From Lobosporangium transversale (taxonomy: Eukaryota), in NCBI RefSeq assembly GCF_002105155.1, contig NW_019028998.1, positions 372,001 to 436,000 of the forward strand: a stretch of DNA of 64,000 nt, written 5' to 3'. Under the pieces are notes generated by a model. The model was given only the letters and a program-made list of their open reading frames with translations, searched no databases and was not told the DNA's origin. Position numbers and translations under genes: made by a program. Each line of letters begins with the position of its first letter. Within the stretch, counting starts at the first letter, position 1. Shown piece by piece: positions 12,302 to 23,212 of the stretch.

Positions 12302-15300
12302 ATGTCACTTATCGCGTTCCGACGACGATTCTTAGTCCTTTTAGTGCCGCTTATCAATTTTATCTTTCTTGCACTTTTTATCTTCTCACCATCTTCACTC
12401 CCGACGCTGTCCAAAGATCTCGCTTTCCGAGCATATCATAAATTATCATCCCCAATCTCATTGACAGATGATGGCCCCGAGTTTGAACATATCCGCTCTA
12501 ACTCAGCAAGTCTTCAAAGTAGCGACGATATACTCACTAGATCAAGCGACCCTTCTGTAAATGCTGGCCATGTTGATACTGAAATAAATGCAGCTGGATT
12601 GATGTCAGGTAGCAATAGCGCTGGATCAGGATACAGATACCTCCTAGAGCAACGCAAGCTTGTTGAAGGAATTGAGTTGAAACCTTTACCAGATCATCTT
12701 ATCACATCCTATCGACCTGGGTACTTAGACCTAGCCCTATCATCCCTTGGCAAGCAAGAGCAGGGACAGCCGAAAGAAAAGCTTCAGGCGCCAAAGGACA
12801 ATGATATAGACATGGACCCAAACACAAAGTATCTTACCTTCTTGCCGCATTCAGGGTTTCATAACCAAAGGACAGAACTCGAAAATGCATTATTATTGGC
12901 AAGGCTTTTGAACAGGACACTGATCTTACCCAAAGTTTACCTAGGCCCTCCAATGCCATGGTTGACATTCCGACAATTGCATGCACGGTTGCTTTATCAG
13001 ACCAAGATTGGGCTAGAGCATTGTCGTGCGATCATTGAGGGTCAAAAAGAAAAAGAACATGATGAGGCCGTTTTAAATGAGCAGAAACAACCTCAACAGC
13101 CACAGTACGCTTTAGAACAGGAGGAGTACCACCCAGGTACGAAGCCATTGTTTGATCAGTATCATCATCACGCACAGCAATTGGGGTACAATGAGGTTTC
13201 CGCTCGGATAGAACAGGTAGCGGCCATCGATCCTTCCCTTTCACCAGTTACAAGCACTAAAGACGGTAGTCTGTCCAGCTCTGGAAGCGAAGGCCCCGTA
13301 GCATTGAATGATCCGGACAATAGTAGCGAGGACACACCGAATATGAAGGGGGTTGTCTTGGTAAACGAAGTCAAAGACAATGTAATGCAGGATACAGCTT
13401 CTCAATTCGATACAACAGTAATGGTTGATAGTGAAGGAGCGAATGATAGAGATGAGAACGACAAGAGGCCATCTTTCTTGGATGAAGGCCAATTTGACCA
13501 GGAAAACGCAAGACTGATAACCGAAAATGAAGAAAAGGATGGTGAAAGAAAGCATGCTATCAATGGGCTACAACATGGCCAAGCGCCAGGGAACAAGCAA
13601 AAAATGAGTGAAAGCGAGAATGCTGAAGAGGACAGCATGGAACAGCTAAAAGCCTCAATTGATTATACTTTTGGTCAAAGTATCTCAAGTCACAAGGAGG
13701 ATAGTACGTCAGAAGAGAAAGAACCTAATTTAGGCTGGACGACAACCGGGAAGGAGGCATATCGAGCCGATAAAATGGATAATGACCTTGATGATTACGA
13801 TGATTACGACAGCTTCGTTGGCATTCCGGTAGATACTAGTGATGGCCTGGAAGACGATGAAGACCCGGCTGATAAGGTCGAGGATGAGCTTGATTGGAGG
13901 TCCAAATATTTTCCCTCACGCCAACAACAACCTCATCTACAGAGGCGCGGCAGGGGTTGGGATCGAATGTTGGCTCGAAGAACAATGGGTGGCCCCAATG
14001 CGGCTTCATTATCCCTTTACGCGCCAGCGATAAAACGGAGCTATCCAAACCAGATGAAGGACGAGCGATCATTATCATACGCTGATCAAGGGATACCACA
14101 AGCCCAGGTTCGAGACCCTTTTCAGGATAATACATCAAAGCTTGATAAGCGGCAAAGGCAACTTCTTGGTCAAGAAGAACAGCAACAACAGCTTAAAAGC
14201 GCATCGAGGCCTCAAATGCAACAGAAATCGGTAATCATCGACCCCATACCGATACAACAGCTGCCAATCGAAACAGCACCACGATCCGAACTACAGCGGC
14301 ACAGCGTAAAGTGGGAGCCACTACCTGCGGCATGCTTGCAATACGAGTCATGGACCATGACAGATTGGGATTTATTCTTTGATCTAAATCCGCTTCGCCG
14401 TTATGTCCGTATTTTGACTCGTGACTCTATGGCAATGACCTACCTCGCAGCTCGATTCAATCTCACAATACCCACGGAGGAAGTAACGAACATGCCCAAG
14501 TGTGATGGAGCCAGCTCTACTGAACGTAATGCATGCCCAGGATCTATTAAAGTGGAGACTCCAGGACCTTTGGATAACGGGCAAGAGAAAGAAAGCGATA
14601 GCAGCACTGGAGGCAATGTTAGTAATAAAGACTCGGATTCTGAAGGAGATTCAGATAGCGACGAAGCTACGGGGGATACCGATGGGGATGCAGGAGAGGA
14701 AGAGGAAGAAGAAGAGGACGAAAAGAGAAAAGTTCCATTACTCCGCTCCATAGGAGATATTTTAATATTTGATGATACAAGTCTCTATGACTATCGGTTT
14801 ACAGAAAATCCAATGGCAAATGAATCCATTAGAACGAGACCCAAGTTCAGACAGGAGTTCACGATCGAGTGGCTGAAGGGTCGACCGGAACGGTTGATTC
14901 ACCTGGGCTCAATCTTCGGTACAGGGCGTATTAGTATCGATTCTTTGGAGAGCAAAGCCTGGTTGTTGATGATTCGGGATCATTTGATTCTCCAAACAGA
15001 TATTTTACAAACCACCAGTCAAAAAATTGTCAACAGAATAACCGGAAGGCTGGAGCAAAACCTAAAGAAGCAGCAACAGCAACAGCGACCAATTTCTTCA
15101 TCATCTCACTCAGCATCTTTTTTGGATTCTATGGAAGTTGGCTTTGTAGGGGTTCATGTCCGAATGTCTGATGGTCATTTTTCATTGGCAGCGCGCGACA
15201 CGATTGAAAATATCCGCCAAGAGCTTATGTGGCAGATGGGAATCGAGGACAACGATGATCTTGATAATCAAGACTATGGTAACACGTTTTTGACCGAGGA

Positions 15301-15856
15301 TACAAAGGTGCAAGACAGATTAACGATTGAACAATGTCGAGCTTTGGCCCTCAACCACCACCGGAAATTACAAAATCAGCTCAGGCAACAGCAGCAGTGG
15401 CAGCAACAGCAACCTGCTCAACCCCCTCCATATCCGATCCATTACCACGAACAACAACAGGACCAACGTGCTTTTACTCCATCGGAAGCAACCCCCTCTG
15501 ACAAAAACTTGCTCTCTAACTCCCCTTCGGTCAGGAAACTACGTCGTTCCAATGGTCGGTTCACGCCCATCTACCTGGCGACGGATGCTCACCAGCCACG
15601 AGCAAACCCAATTTTCAACAGGCTATTCAGGACATTCGATTGTGTCTTTTCACTAGATGACTTCTCAGAGGATCTGGAGGTCTTGCACCAGTTCCGGAAT
15701 CCTGAAGATGGGACATTGATGGCCAATTTTTTGATTCCGATGGTAGATGCAATGGTGGTGGCGAAATCCGCTGCATTCTTTGGGACTCCCGCAAGCACGT
15801 TCTCCAATTATATCCAGAGACAGCTTCGACCAGCGTACACAGGTTTATATGATTGA
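12302..15856 (+). CDS. GDP-fucose protein O-fucosyltransferase-like glycosyltransferase, type II membrane protein with large low-complexity insertions
   Basis: N-terminal TM anchor (RRRFLVLLVPLINFIFLALFIF); HSGFHNQRTELENALLLARLLNRTLILP, FVGVHVRMSDGHF, IYLATD, VDAMVVAKSAAFFGTPASTFS. Single exon; likely start is the ATG at 12302. Confidence 0.8.
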   Translation: MSLIAFRRRFLVLLVPLINFIFLALFIFSPSSLPTLSKDLAFRAYHKLSSPISLTDDGPEFEHIRSNSASLQSSDDILTRSSDPSVNAGHVDTEINAAGLMSGSNSAGSGYRYLLEQRKLVEGIELKPLPDHLITSYRPGYLDLALSSLGKQEQGQPKEKLQAPKDNDIDMDPNTKYLTFLPHSGFHNQRTELENALLLARLLNRTLILPKVYLGPPMPWLTFRQLHARLLYQTKIGLEHCRAIIEGQKEKEHDEAVLNEQKQPQQPQYALEQEEYHPGTKPLFDQYHHHAQQLGYNEVSARIEQVAAIDPSLSPVTSTKDGSLSSSGSEGPVALNDPDNSSEDTPNMKGVVLVNEVKDNVMQDTASQFDTTVMVDSEGANDRDENDKRPSFLDEGQFDQENARLITENEEKDGERKHAINGLQHGQAPGNKQKMSESENAEEDSMEQLKASIDYTFGQSISSHKEDSTSEEKEPNLGWTTTGKEAYRADKMDNDLDDYDDYDSFVGIPVDTSDGLEDDEDPADKVEDELDWRSKYFPSRQQQPHLQRRGRGWDRMLARRTMGGPNAASLSLYAPAIKRSYPNQMKDERSLSYADQGIPQAQVRDPFQDNTSKLDKRQRQLLGQEEQQQQLKSASRPQMQQKSVIIDPIPIQQLPIETAPRSELQRHSVKWEPLPAACLQYESWTMTDWDLFFDLNPLRRYVRILTRDSMAMTYLAARFNLTIPTEEVTNMPKCDGASSTERNACPGSIKVETPGPLDNGQEKESDSSTGGNVSNKDSDSEGDSDSDEATGDTDGDAGEEEEEEEDEKRKVPLLRSIGDILIFDDTSLYDYRFTENPMANESIRTRPKFRQEFTIEWLKGRPERLIHLGSIFGTGRISIDSLESKAWLLMIRDHLILQTDILQTTSQKIVNRITGRLEQNLKKQQQQQRPISSSSHSASFLDSMEVGFVGVHVRMSDGHFSLAARDTIENIRQELMWQMGIEDNDDLDNQDYGNTFLTEDTKVQDRLTIEQCRALALNHHRKLQNQLRQQQQWQQQQPAQPPPYPIHYHEQQQDQRAFTPSEATPSDKNLLSNSPSVRKLRRSNGRFTPIYLATDAHQPRANPIFNRLFRTFDCVFSLDDFSEDLEVLHQFRNPEDGTLMANFLIPMVDAMVVAKSAAFFGTPASTFSNYIQRQLRPAYTGLYD

Positions 15857-16099
15857 AAAAGGGCAAACGACACGAAAGAAGAAGATTGCATGTCTCGCTC
15901 AATTGTTGACGTCTCTCCTCTGTGTGTCATCAATGGTACTTGAGGTTCCGAAAATACATTAATAAAATAAATATATAGTGTACGATGCACATACTAGCCT
16001 TTACATTTGTTCTTTGGTGCGGTAGAAGTAAGTGAAGGCAGATGTGATGGGGCAGGAGGAGGTTGCTCGGTAACTCGGTCAATGAACGCAAGGACGTCT

Positions 16100-17480
16100 A
16101 CTGTCGCTTTAGTGTTTCATCGTAGCATTAAATGCAAGCAAGTTTATTCAGACATTACATTTAGTCCAGAAACCGTCTCATGCTACCCAATGCTAGTAAC
16201 AAAGAAGCCCATCGTGCGAGCATGGGCCGACCAAAGGCCGTACCTTTCATCACCAATGGGTGCTTGGGGCGCTTGGAAGTGACGCTTGAGACTGGGGTCA
16301 TGATCATTGAATGGGAACAAAAGCTGAGGACTCAGAGTCCGCTTATGTGCTTGCCATCAAATGTTCATCCCAACACTGCAAACATGCACGAACATGTTGA
16401 ATTCCTTGACGCATCCTAGTTTGTATTCCTACAGTTACCTCTCGTTTATTGAGCATGCACATACAGATCCGCTATGGAGGTGATCCTATCATGGGAATCG
16501 AAAGTGCAAGGTATTATCCGCCCATTATCAATGAATATGAAGCGACTTCGTCTTGTTGCTTATATATGCATATGAGTGATATGTCTCACCACTCAGCTAG
16601 TACTCTCAGCTACCCGATCACCGAGGTCACCCTCGTGAATGCCAGAGGTGAGTTCATCACATACTCGAAGGATCTGATCCCGCAGTTGAGCACCATCTAC
16701 ACTGTGACACTCCGAGTTGAGCTTATGAATACTCGTCTACAGATGAATGCTCGTCTACAGATGCAAAACTCGAGCCCCACAGCGGTTTCCTTCGTGGGGG
16801 AGTCTGATACTGGATGGTCCTTCGAGCTGATTTGAGTTTTATTTTTATTGATCATTCAAGCATTTTATGCGACTTGGATCAAAGAATGGGAACGCACAGA
16901 CCAGCCCGCAGAAAAAGCAAATTTAAATCGTACTCCCCTAATTGATAACCCTGTCTTCTCGACCTCTTTTGTGGAAATGCCAGATGCTTTGTATTTCGAG
17001 TTTGAAGATGGAAAGACCACTAAATTGAGCGTCAATTGTGCATTCAAATCCGATAAGAGTTTCAATAATACAATCAAGCTTTCCTTGATTGAGAGAGTAA
17101 ATGCAATGTAGATGTTTATAAAGACAAATGGCGTTATATGTATATGGAGAGGTCTTCACAGCAAGTACACTGGAACGTATGGAGATGTTTTTTTATCAAG
17201 CCATTTGGCAAAATCGTGTCGCCTACATTGAGGAGGATCCTGAGGTCACCTAGTGCATTGCATACTCAATGTCATGGGGTCATCAATCACTCCTGGTTTT
17301 GAACACTGTTCCATGAAGCACTAGGTTGATAAATTTAACACAAAGTATGCCGGAATTTTTTTTTTGTCATAATTAGGCCACACTTGCCAAAGCTTTAGGA
17401 GAAGGTCTTGGGAGTATGGAAAACGTCTCGGACAGTTCAATCATGTCCGCCAGACGCAAGCTCCTATGACATGCTCCTTT
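16100..17480 (+). pseudogene. Decayed FAD-binding oxidoreductase (L-gulonolactone/D-arabinono-lactone oxidase-like)
   Basis: Fragments in shifting frames with stops: LEVTLETGVMIIEWEQKLR...LPSNV, IRYGG, STLSYPITEVTLVNARGEFITYSKD, DALYFEFEDG, and a late RPHLPK resembling RPHWAK. Boundaries approximate. Confidence 0.5.
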
Positions 17481-17620
17481 ATACCTTGCAAATATGATTA
17501 TGTGGTCCCTTCAAGTATTTTCGTGAATAGGGCTTCTTCCTCTTCAACAAAAAAATATTCATGCAAAAATTTGTATTCTCGGTTTTATTCGGTGTTCTTC
17601 TTCTTTCCTGACATAAAATT

Positions 17621-18655
17621 CTACTTTTCATCGACCCAATTCTAAGTATCCAGAAAAAAATGAAAATAAAAAGGCATCACATGCACTTGTTAGTAAGAAA
17701 AAAAAAGAAAAAAGAAAAATCTTGAGGTTTATCTTGTAAAGGTATCCTAAGGTACAAAAAACTCACTAAGAATTAGGTAGACATAATCTAGTTAGTTAAA
17801 TTTGAACTTGAAAGATGAAAGTGAAAGGGAGGATTGAAGATTCGCGTTGCTTACCATTTTCACGGCGCACTTGGTCCTCTTCTTCTGGCGTAAAGTCGTT
17901 CGTGATATTGAAGGTCTTTCGAATTTCTTCTGGCGTTTTTGCTAATTTATTTTTAGTCGGGAGATGAGTTAGCATAACATATCCATACAATATGAAGACT
18001 AATTGAAACAATGGGTACCTTTGATCATGTTAGCGACAGTTTTGCAAGTCAAGTCCAAGAGTGGTTTAATATCAAGGTAGTTGGCAGCCTACAAAATATG
18101 AAAAGACGAGCCCATTTAAGAAAAATAGCTCTTCATGCTCCTCATCATTTTCATCAGTTTGCAAATAATAATAATAATAATAAAGTTGTTGTTACCAAAA
18201 TCAGTTCATAAAGTGTCCCTTGGTCAACTTTACAATATTCAAGATCCCATTCCCCAATATCTGCTGCAGCATCATCATTAGCGCTTTGAAAGTTGGGGTT
18301 ATTGCGATGATGTGTGCAATACTCGATTACTTTTGTAAGAATCGGTCCTGAGACATTGGGCAAGGGTATAGCTAATATGAACAGATATAATCAAGAAAGA
18401 GAAAAGTTGAAGACGCCATTCCTCTTTTAATAACATATCGGTCAATCCAGTATTTACTAGTCCTTAACGATCAAAAGTCAGCATGTTACAGCGTTTGTTT
18501 TTGTCTTCTCTTTGTTTGTTACCTTGCCCAATTTCACCAATGTCCTCGAGCATGCATTTCAAAAGCATGCTCTTATCTGCAATGTCGCGGTCGATTAAAA
18601 ACTCTGTGCCTTCAGAGGATGTGAGCAAGATCTGTGAATGTGATGATGATGACAT
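17621..18655 (-). CDS. SKP1: SCF ubiquitin ligase subunit Skp1
   Basis: [11 protein letters not shown]...[27 protein letters not shown]...[64 protein letters not shown]. The frame of the last exon is ambiguous. Confidence 0.93.
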
Positions 18656-19151
18656 TATTATTGCTACTTTTCGGTGAGTAGAGGGATAGAGGAATGTATG
18701 GTAAGGACATGTTGGCTTCTCTGGCTTTCTTTATGATCACAGTCACATGAAAAAAAGGGTTTGTTCCTGTCCACCACTTTCTCAGGGCGAAGTCTCAAAA
18801 CTTTCATGCTGTGGAACTGTCATCTTGATATCAACTGATGCATTGAGGTAAAAGAAGGGAGAGAGAGGAATAACGCGTTGAATTTATTCATTCGTAAAGC
18901 TCCATTTTCATTTCAAGCATTCTGTTAAACATTTTAATCCAAAGAATGAAACCCTTTTTTTAGTCAGTTCAACACGCGAAGATCTGCGTCTGTGTTCACT
19001 CGATCCGCTGTCACATGGTCGGCTATTTTCACATCCGCTGGACCGATCACTTTTTTTTATCTTTTTTACGGTTCGGTCAATTGAAAGTTCTTTACACACT
19101 TTCCTTTGCAACATTGTTCATTTCTTTGTTTCTAACTCTTCTCATTCCATT

Positions 19152-20635
19152 ATGCCAGAGTACTCGTTCGAGACTATTAAAGTCACATTCCCATCTCCTT
19201 TTGTCGCTCATGTTGAGCTCAACCGTCCAAAGAAGTTAAATGCTATCAATGGAGCCATGTGGGCGGATATTCGCTCTGTCTTTGATACTCTCCGTGACGA
19301 CCCCGATGTCCGTGCCATTGTCCTTTCTGGGTCTGGTCGAGGCTTCACCAGTGGACTCGACTGTATGACACCTGTTGTTTGTGCTTCTGTGTCTAATAAT
19401 TTGGAGTTGGTGTTCTCATATGCTAATATTTCTTTCTAATTTTGATAAAATTAAACCAGTATTCTCTCTTGAGCTCCCCACTGTCGAAGGCGATCCCTCA
19501 CGTACTGCGTTCAAAATTCGTCCATATGTCAAGGTATAGCCAAGCACTAGGCCGATATAGCCTGCTCTCCCAGAGTAGTAGAATGTGGAGACTTTCTGGA
19601 TCCGAAATTAATCATTATACTTTCTTTTTTTTTTTTTTTTTTTTTTTTTTTCTCGTAATGCTGGAATATTCAGTCACTTCAAGATAGTTTGAGTGCAATT
19701 GAGCGTTGCGATAAGGCTGTAGTTGCTGCTATTCATGGCCCTTGCATTGGTGGTGGTATTGATATCACCACGGCCTGCGATATCCGCTATGCTTCTAAGG
19801 ATGCATTTTTCTCAGTGAAGGTAAGTTCCGTGAATTTGAAATGCACATATTATACTTATTACTAAGTTTTCTTGGGCTCCGATATGTAACCTGTTGTTCC
19901 AATTGCTAATTGATACTATAGGAAGTTGATATCGGCCTGGCAGCCGATGTTGGAACTCTCCAGCGTCTGCCCAAGGTAGTCGGCAATAACAGCTGGGTCC
20001 GTGAGCTCTGCTTGACTGGACGCAAGTAAGTTATTTGTTGAATTGGTCGGAGCATCTCTATTGATCGATCATAATTGGCTCCATAATAGACAAGTCTTTA
20101 ATTGATCGAACGTCATCTGGTATACATTCATTAGCTTTGATGCAAAGGAAGCTCTTGAATATGGTTTCATCTCTAAGCTGTTCCCAGAACCCGCCAATGT
20201 TTTGGAAGAAGCTTTAGCTACTGCCAAGTTCATTGCCGAAAAATCGCCTGTTGCTGCGATAGGTACAAAGTAAGTCGAAATAAAACAAAACAAAACAAAA
20301 AGTCCTGGTTCTGGATAACCTGCATAGTATCATTCACAGCACTTGGAATATAAATATTAACGCTATTTCATTTGTAGGCATCTATTGAACTATTCACGCG
20401 ACCATACTGTTCAAGAGGGACTGGATTACACCGCGGCATGGAACATGGTTATGTTGACTACACCTGTACGTGTTCTTTTCAAAGTATAACGTGTCAATTG
20501 TTGACAAAATAGGCATTTGGACTAACTTTATGTTTCTATTTCAATACTCTATCTCTTTCTCCACATTTTCAGGATCTCCCTGAAGCAGCTGCAGCAAACA
20601 TGCAGAAGAAGAAGGCAACCTTTGCAAAATTGTAA
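19152..20635 (+). CDS. ECH1: Peroxisomal delta(3,5)-delta(2,4)-dienoyl-CoA isomerase (crotonase superfamily)
   Basis: VELNRPKKLNA, SGSGRGFTSGLD, AIHGPCIGGGIDITTACDIR, EVDIGLAADVGTLQRLPKVVGN, LLNYSRDHTVQEGL; ends in the PTS1 signal AKL. Confidence 0.9.
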
Positions 20636-21585
20636 ACAGGCACTGGAGGAAAAAAGAAAGCACTGTTGCATTGCATATAAAATGAAATAAAGTAAAATAC
20701 TGTTTCGGTCCAACAGCCAGTTAGGACGAGTATGAACGGGCCATGCCTTGAAACGCGTGTGCCAATTTTTTGTTATTGTCTAATTATTTTTCTGGATGTG
20801 CACAAGATTGATCGAGCATCTTGAACAAGTTGAAGGATGTCAAATGATGATGCTTGATGAATAAAAATAAGGAGTTTTTCCTGTGCCTTTTGAGCATCCG
20901 TTCTTTTTTTTTTTTTTTTTTTTTTTTCTCTGTGACGTGGCATAGAATTGGAACGTACAAAAAAAGTTCATGTCCATCTCTATTTTCATTCCACTCAGTA
21001 CTCATCCATTCTTTACTCTCTTTTTGTCCTCCTTCAAGTTCTCTTTTTTATATTACCTTTATTCCTCATCTTATTCCCTGACTCCTCTTCCTCTTGCGCA
21101 AGAGGTTGCTCTTTGTCGCGTTCAAGTCATTTACTCTCCATCGCTTCTAGTATCTTGTCTAGTGTAAGGTGATCCTCGTCTTCATGCATGCAATTTTATT
21201 ATTTTATTTTTTTTCCCTAACTGATTCTCTCTTAAAAGAAAGAAAAAAGATTGTGTGGTTTTGCATCATCATTCCTTCCTTCCATGCGGATGCGATTTGC
21301 TCATCTTTCAGACTGCATAGTAGACATTTTTCTTCTTTTTAAAAAATTTACATCGACATACTGAAAAAACGCGTTCATGCTCGTTGACACACGCGTCTAT
21401 GATTCGTTCTCTCATCTCCCCTGACTCAGCTCTTAAATTCTCATCGCTATCATCCCTTCCTGTCATTTTATTAGACATTCCATCAGCGCTTTTGACGAGA
21501 CACGGCGGACCGAGATATTATTCTTTCATCCAACACCATCATCCTCTACCATCACCCTTGTTTTCTCATTCAATAGAATCTAACC

Positions 21586-23181
21586 ATGAGGCAAAAAATT
21601 GTTTCAAGGACTTCAACCTTTGCTTGGAGTCCAGGTCAACACGCGCCTCTTCTCGCTACAGGAACAGTCGCTGGTGCCTTTGATGCCAACTTCTCGAACG
21701 CATCTCAGCTTGAAATTTTTGATCTGAACCTAACAGACAAGTCGCCCGAGTCGATTGAGATTAATCAACCTGCTGGCGTTGTCTCAAGCAATGCCAGGTA
21801 AAATACCGAGAGATTTTCTTCGCTACTTCATATTAAAAACGTCATGCAATCAGGAAAGAAAGAGGAACTACTTGGAAATCAGGATATAGGACAGCGGAAC
21901 TGATGAAATTTTTATGATTGTTCATTTCAATGCTAGATTTAATCGGTTAGCATGGGCAAATCCAACAGTCGATCGACCTTATGGTATTATTGCTGGAGGA
22001 ATGGAAAATGGAGAGCTGAACTTGTGGGATGCTAATGCTATTCTCAACGGAAGGTATTGTACCATTACTTTTTGTCTTAATCAAACCTGGTTAAAAATTG
22101 ATATCCCAAAGACTAAATAGCTTGGCTTGCTGCTGACATCTTTACCCTGCCTTGTATGTCCATCATGCAGTGATGATGTTCTCTTCTCAAAACAAACCAA
22201 CCATTCAGGCCCTGTTCGTGGTCTTCATTTTAATCCTTTCCAACAGAACCTTCTCTCGTCTGCCTCTAGCAATGGCGAGGTAAGATGCGCTTTTCATTTT
22301 CTTGTGATCCCTTGACCTCTGATCTCTCATCTGTGTGTGACAATTTTTTTGTATCCTGCCTAATGTCAATCTCTACCATTGCTACTCAATTTCTTCTACT
22401 AGATTTTCATCTGGGATCTCGGCAATCTAACAAAGCCATACACCCCTGGCACAAGATCCTCCAAACTCGAGGATATCACCTGCGTTTCCTGGAACAACCA
22501 TGTCCAACATATCTTGGCCACCAGTTCAACTACTGGATATACAGTCGTCTGGGATCTCAAGTCCAAGCGTGAGGTGTTGACTCTTTCTTACCCTGGTGCC
22601 ACAGTTGCAGGCATAGGAAGCATGAGCAACCTTGGACAGATGGGCGCCAGCCGCCGCGGTATCACAGCAATTGCATGGAATCCGGACGTTGTATGTATTG
22701 CAATCAAAGCCTATCACTCTTTCAAGCATATGCTGGCATTTATTAAGACATCCACCATCTGACTCATTGGGCGTTCTCACATTGCATATCGTTCAATAGG
22801 CTACTCAAATCATCACAGCGACGGAGGACGATAACAACCCTGTCATTTTAGTTTGGGATCTCCGATATGCACATGCTCCTGAGAAGGTATGTTGATATAT
22901 TAGTTAAGGGTAACTTGAAGCACTCTCAGGGGTTTATTTTTACTAATCAATCTATATACATAGACTCTTACTGGACACACTAAAGGGATTTTGTCATTAT
23001 CCTGGTGCCAGCAGGACTCAGATCTCCTGTTATCTGCAGGCAAAGACTGTCGATCGCTTTGTTGGAATCCTAAGTCTGGAGAGGTCATTGGCGAACTCCC
23101 ACCAAGCTCTAGCTGGACATTCGATATTGCTTGGTGCCCACGCAATCCTGATCTGTTAGCATCCGCATCGTTTGATGGCAA

Positions 23182-23212
<31 letters not shown>

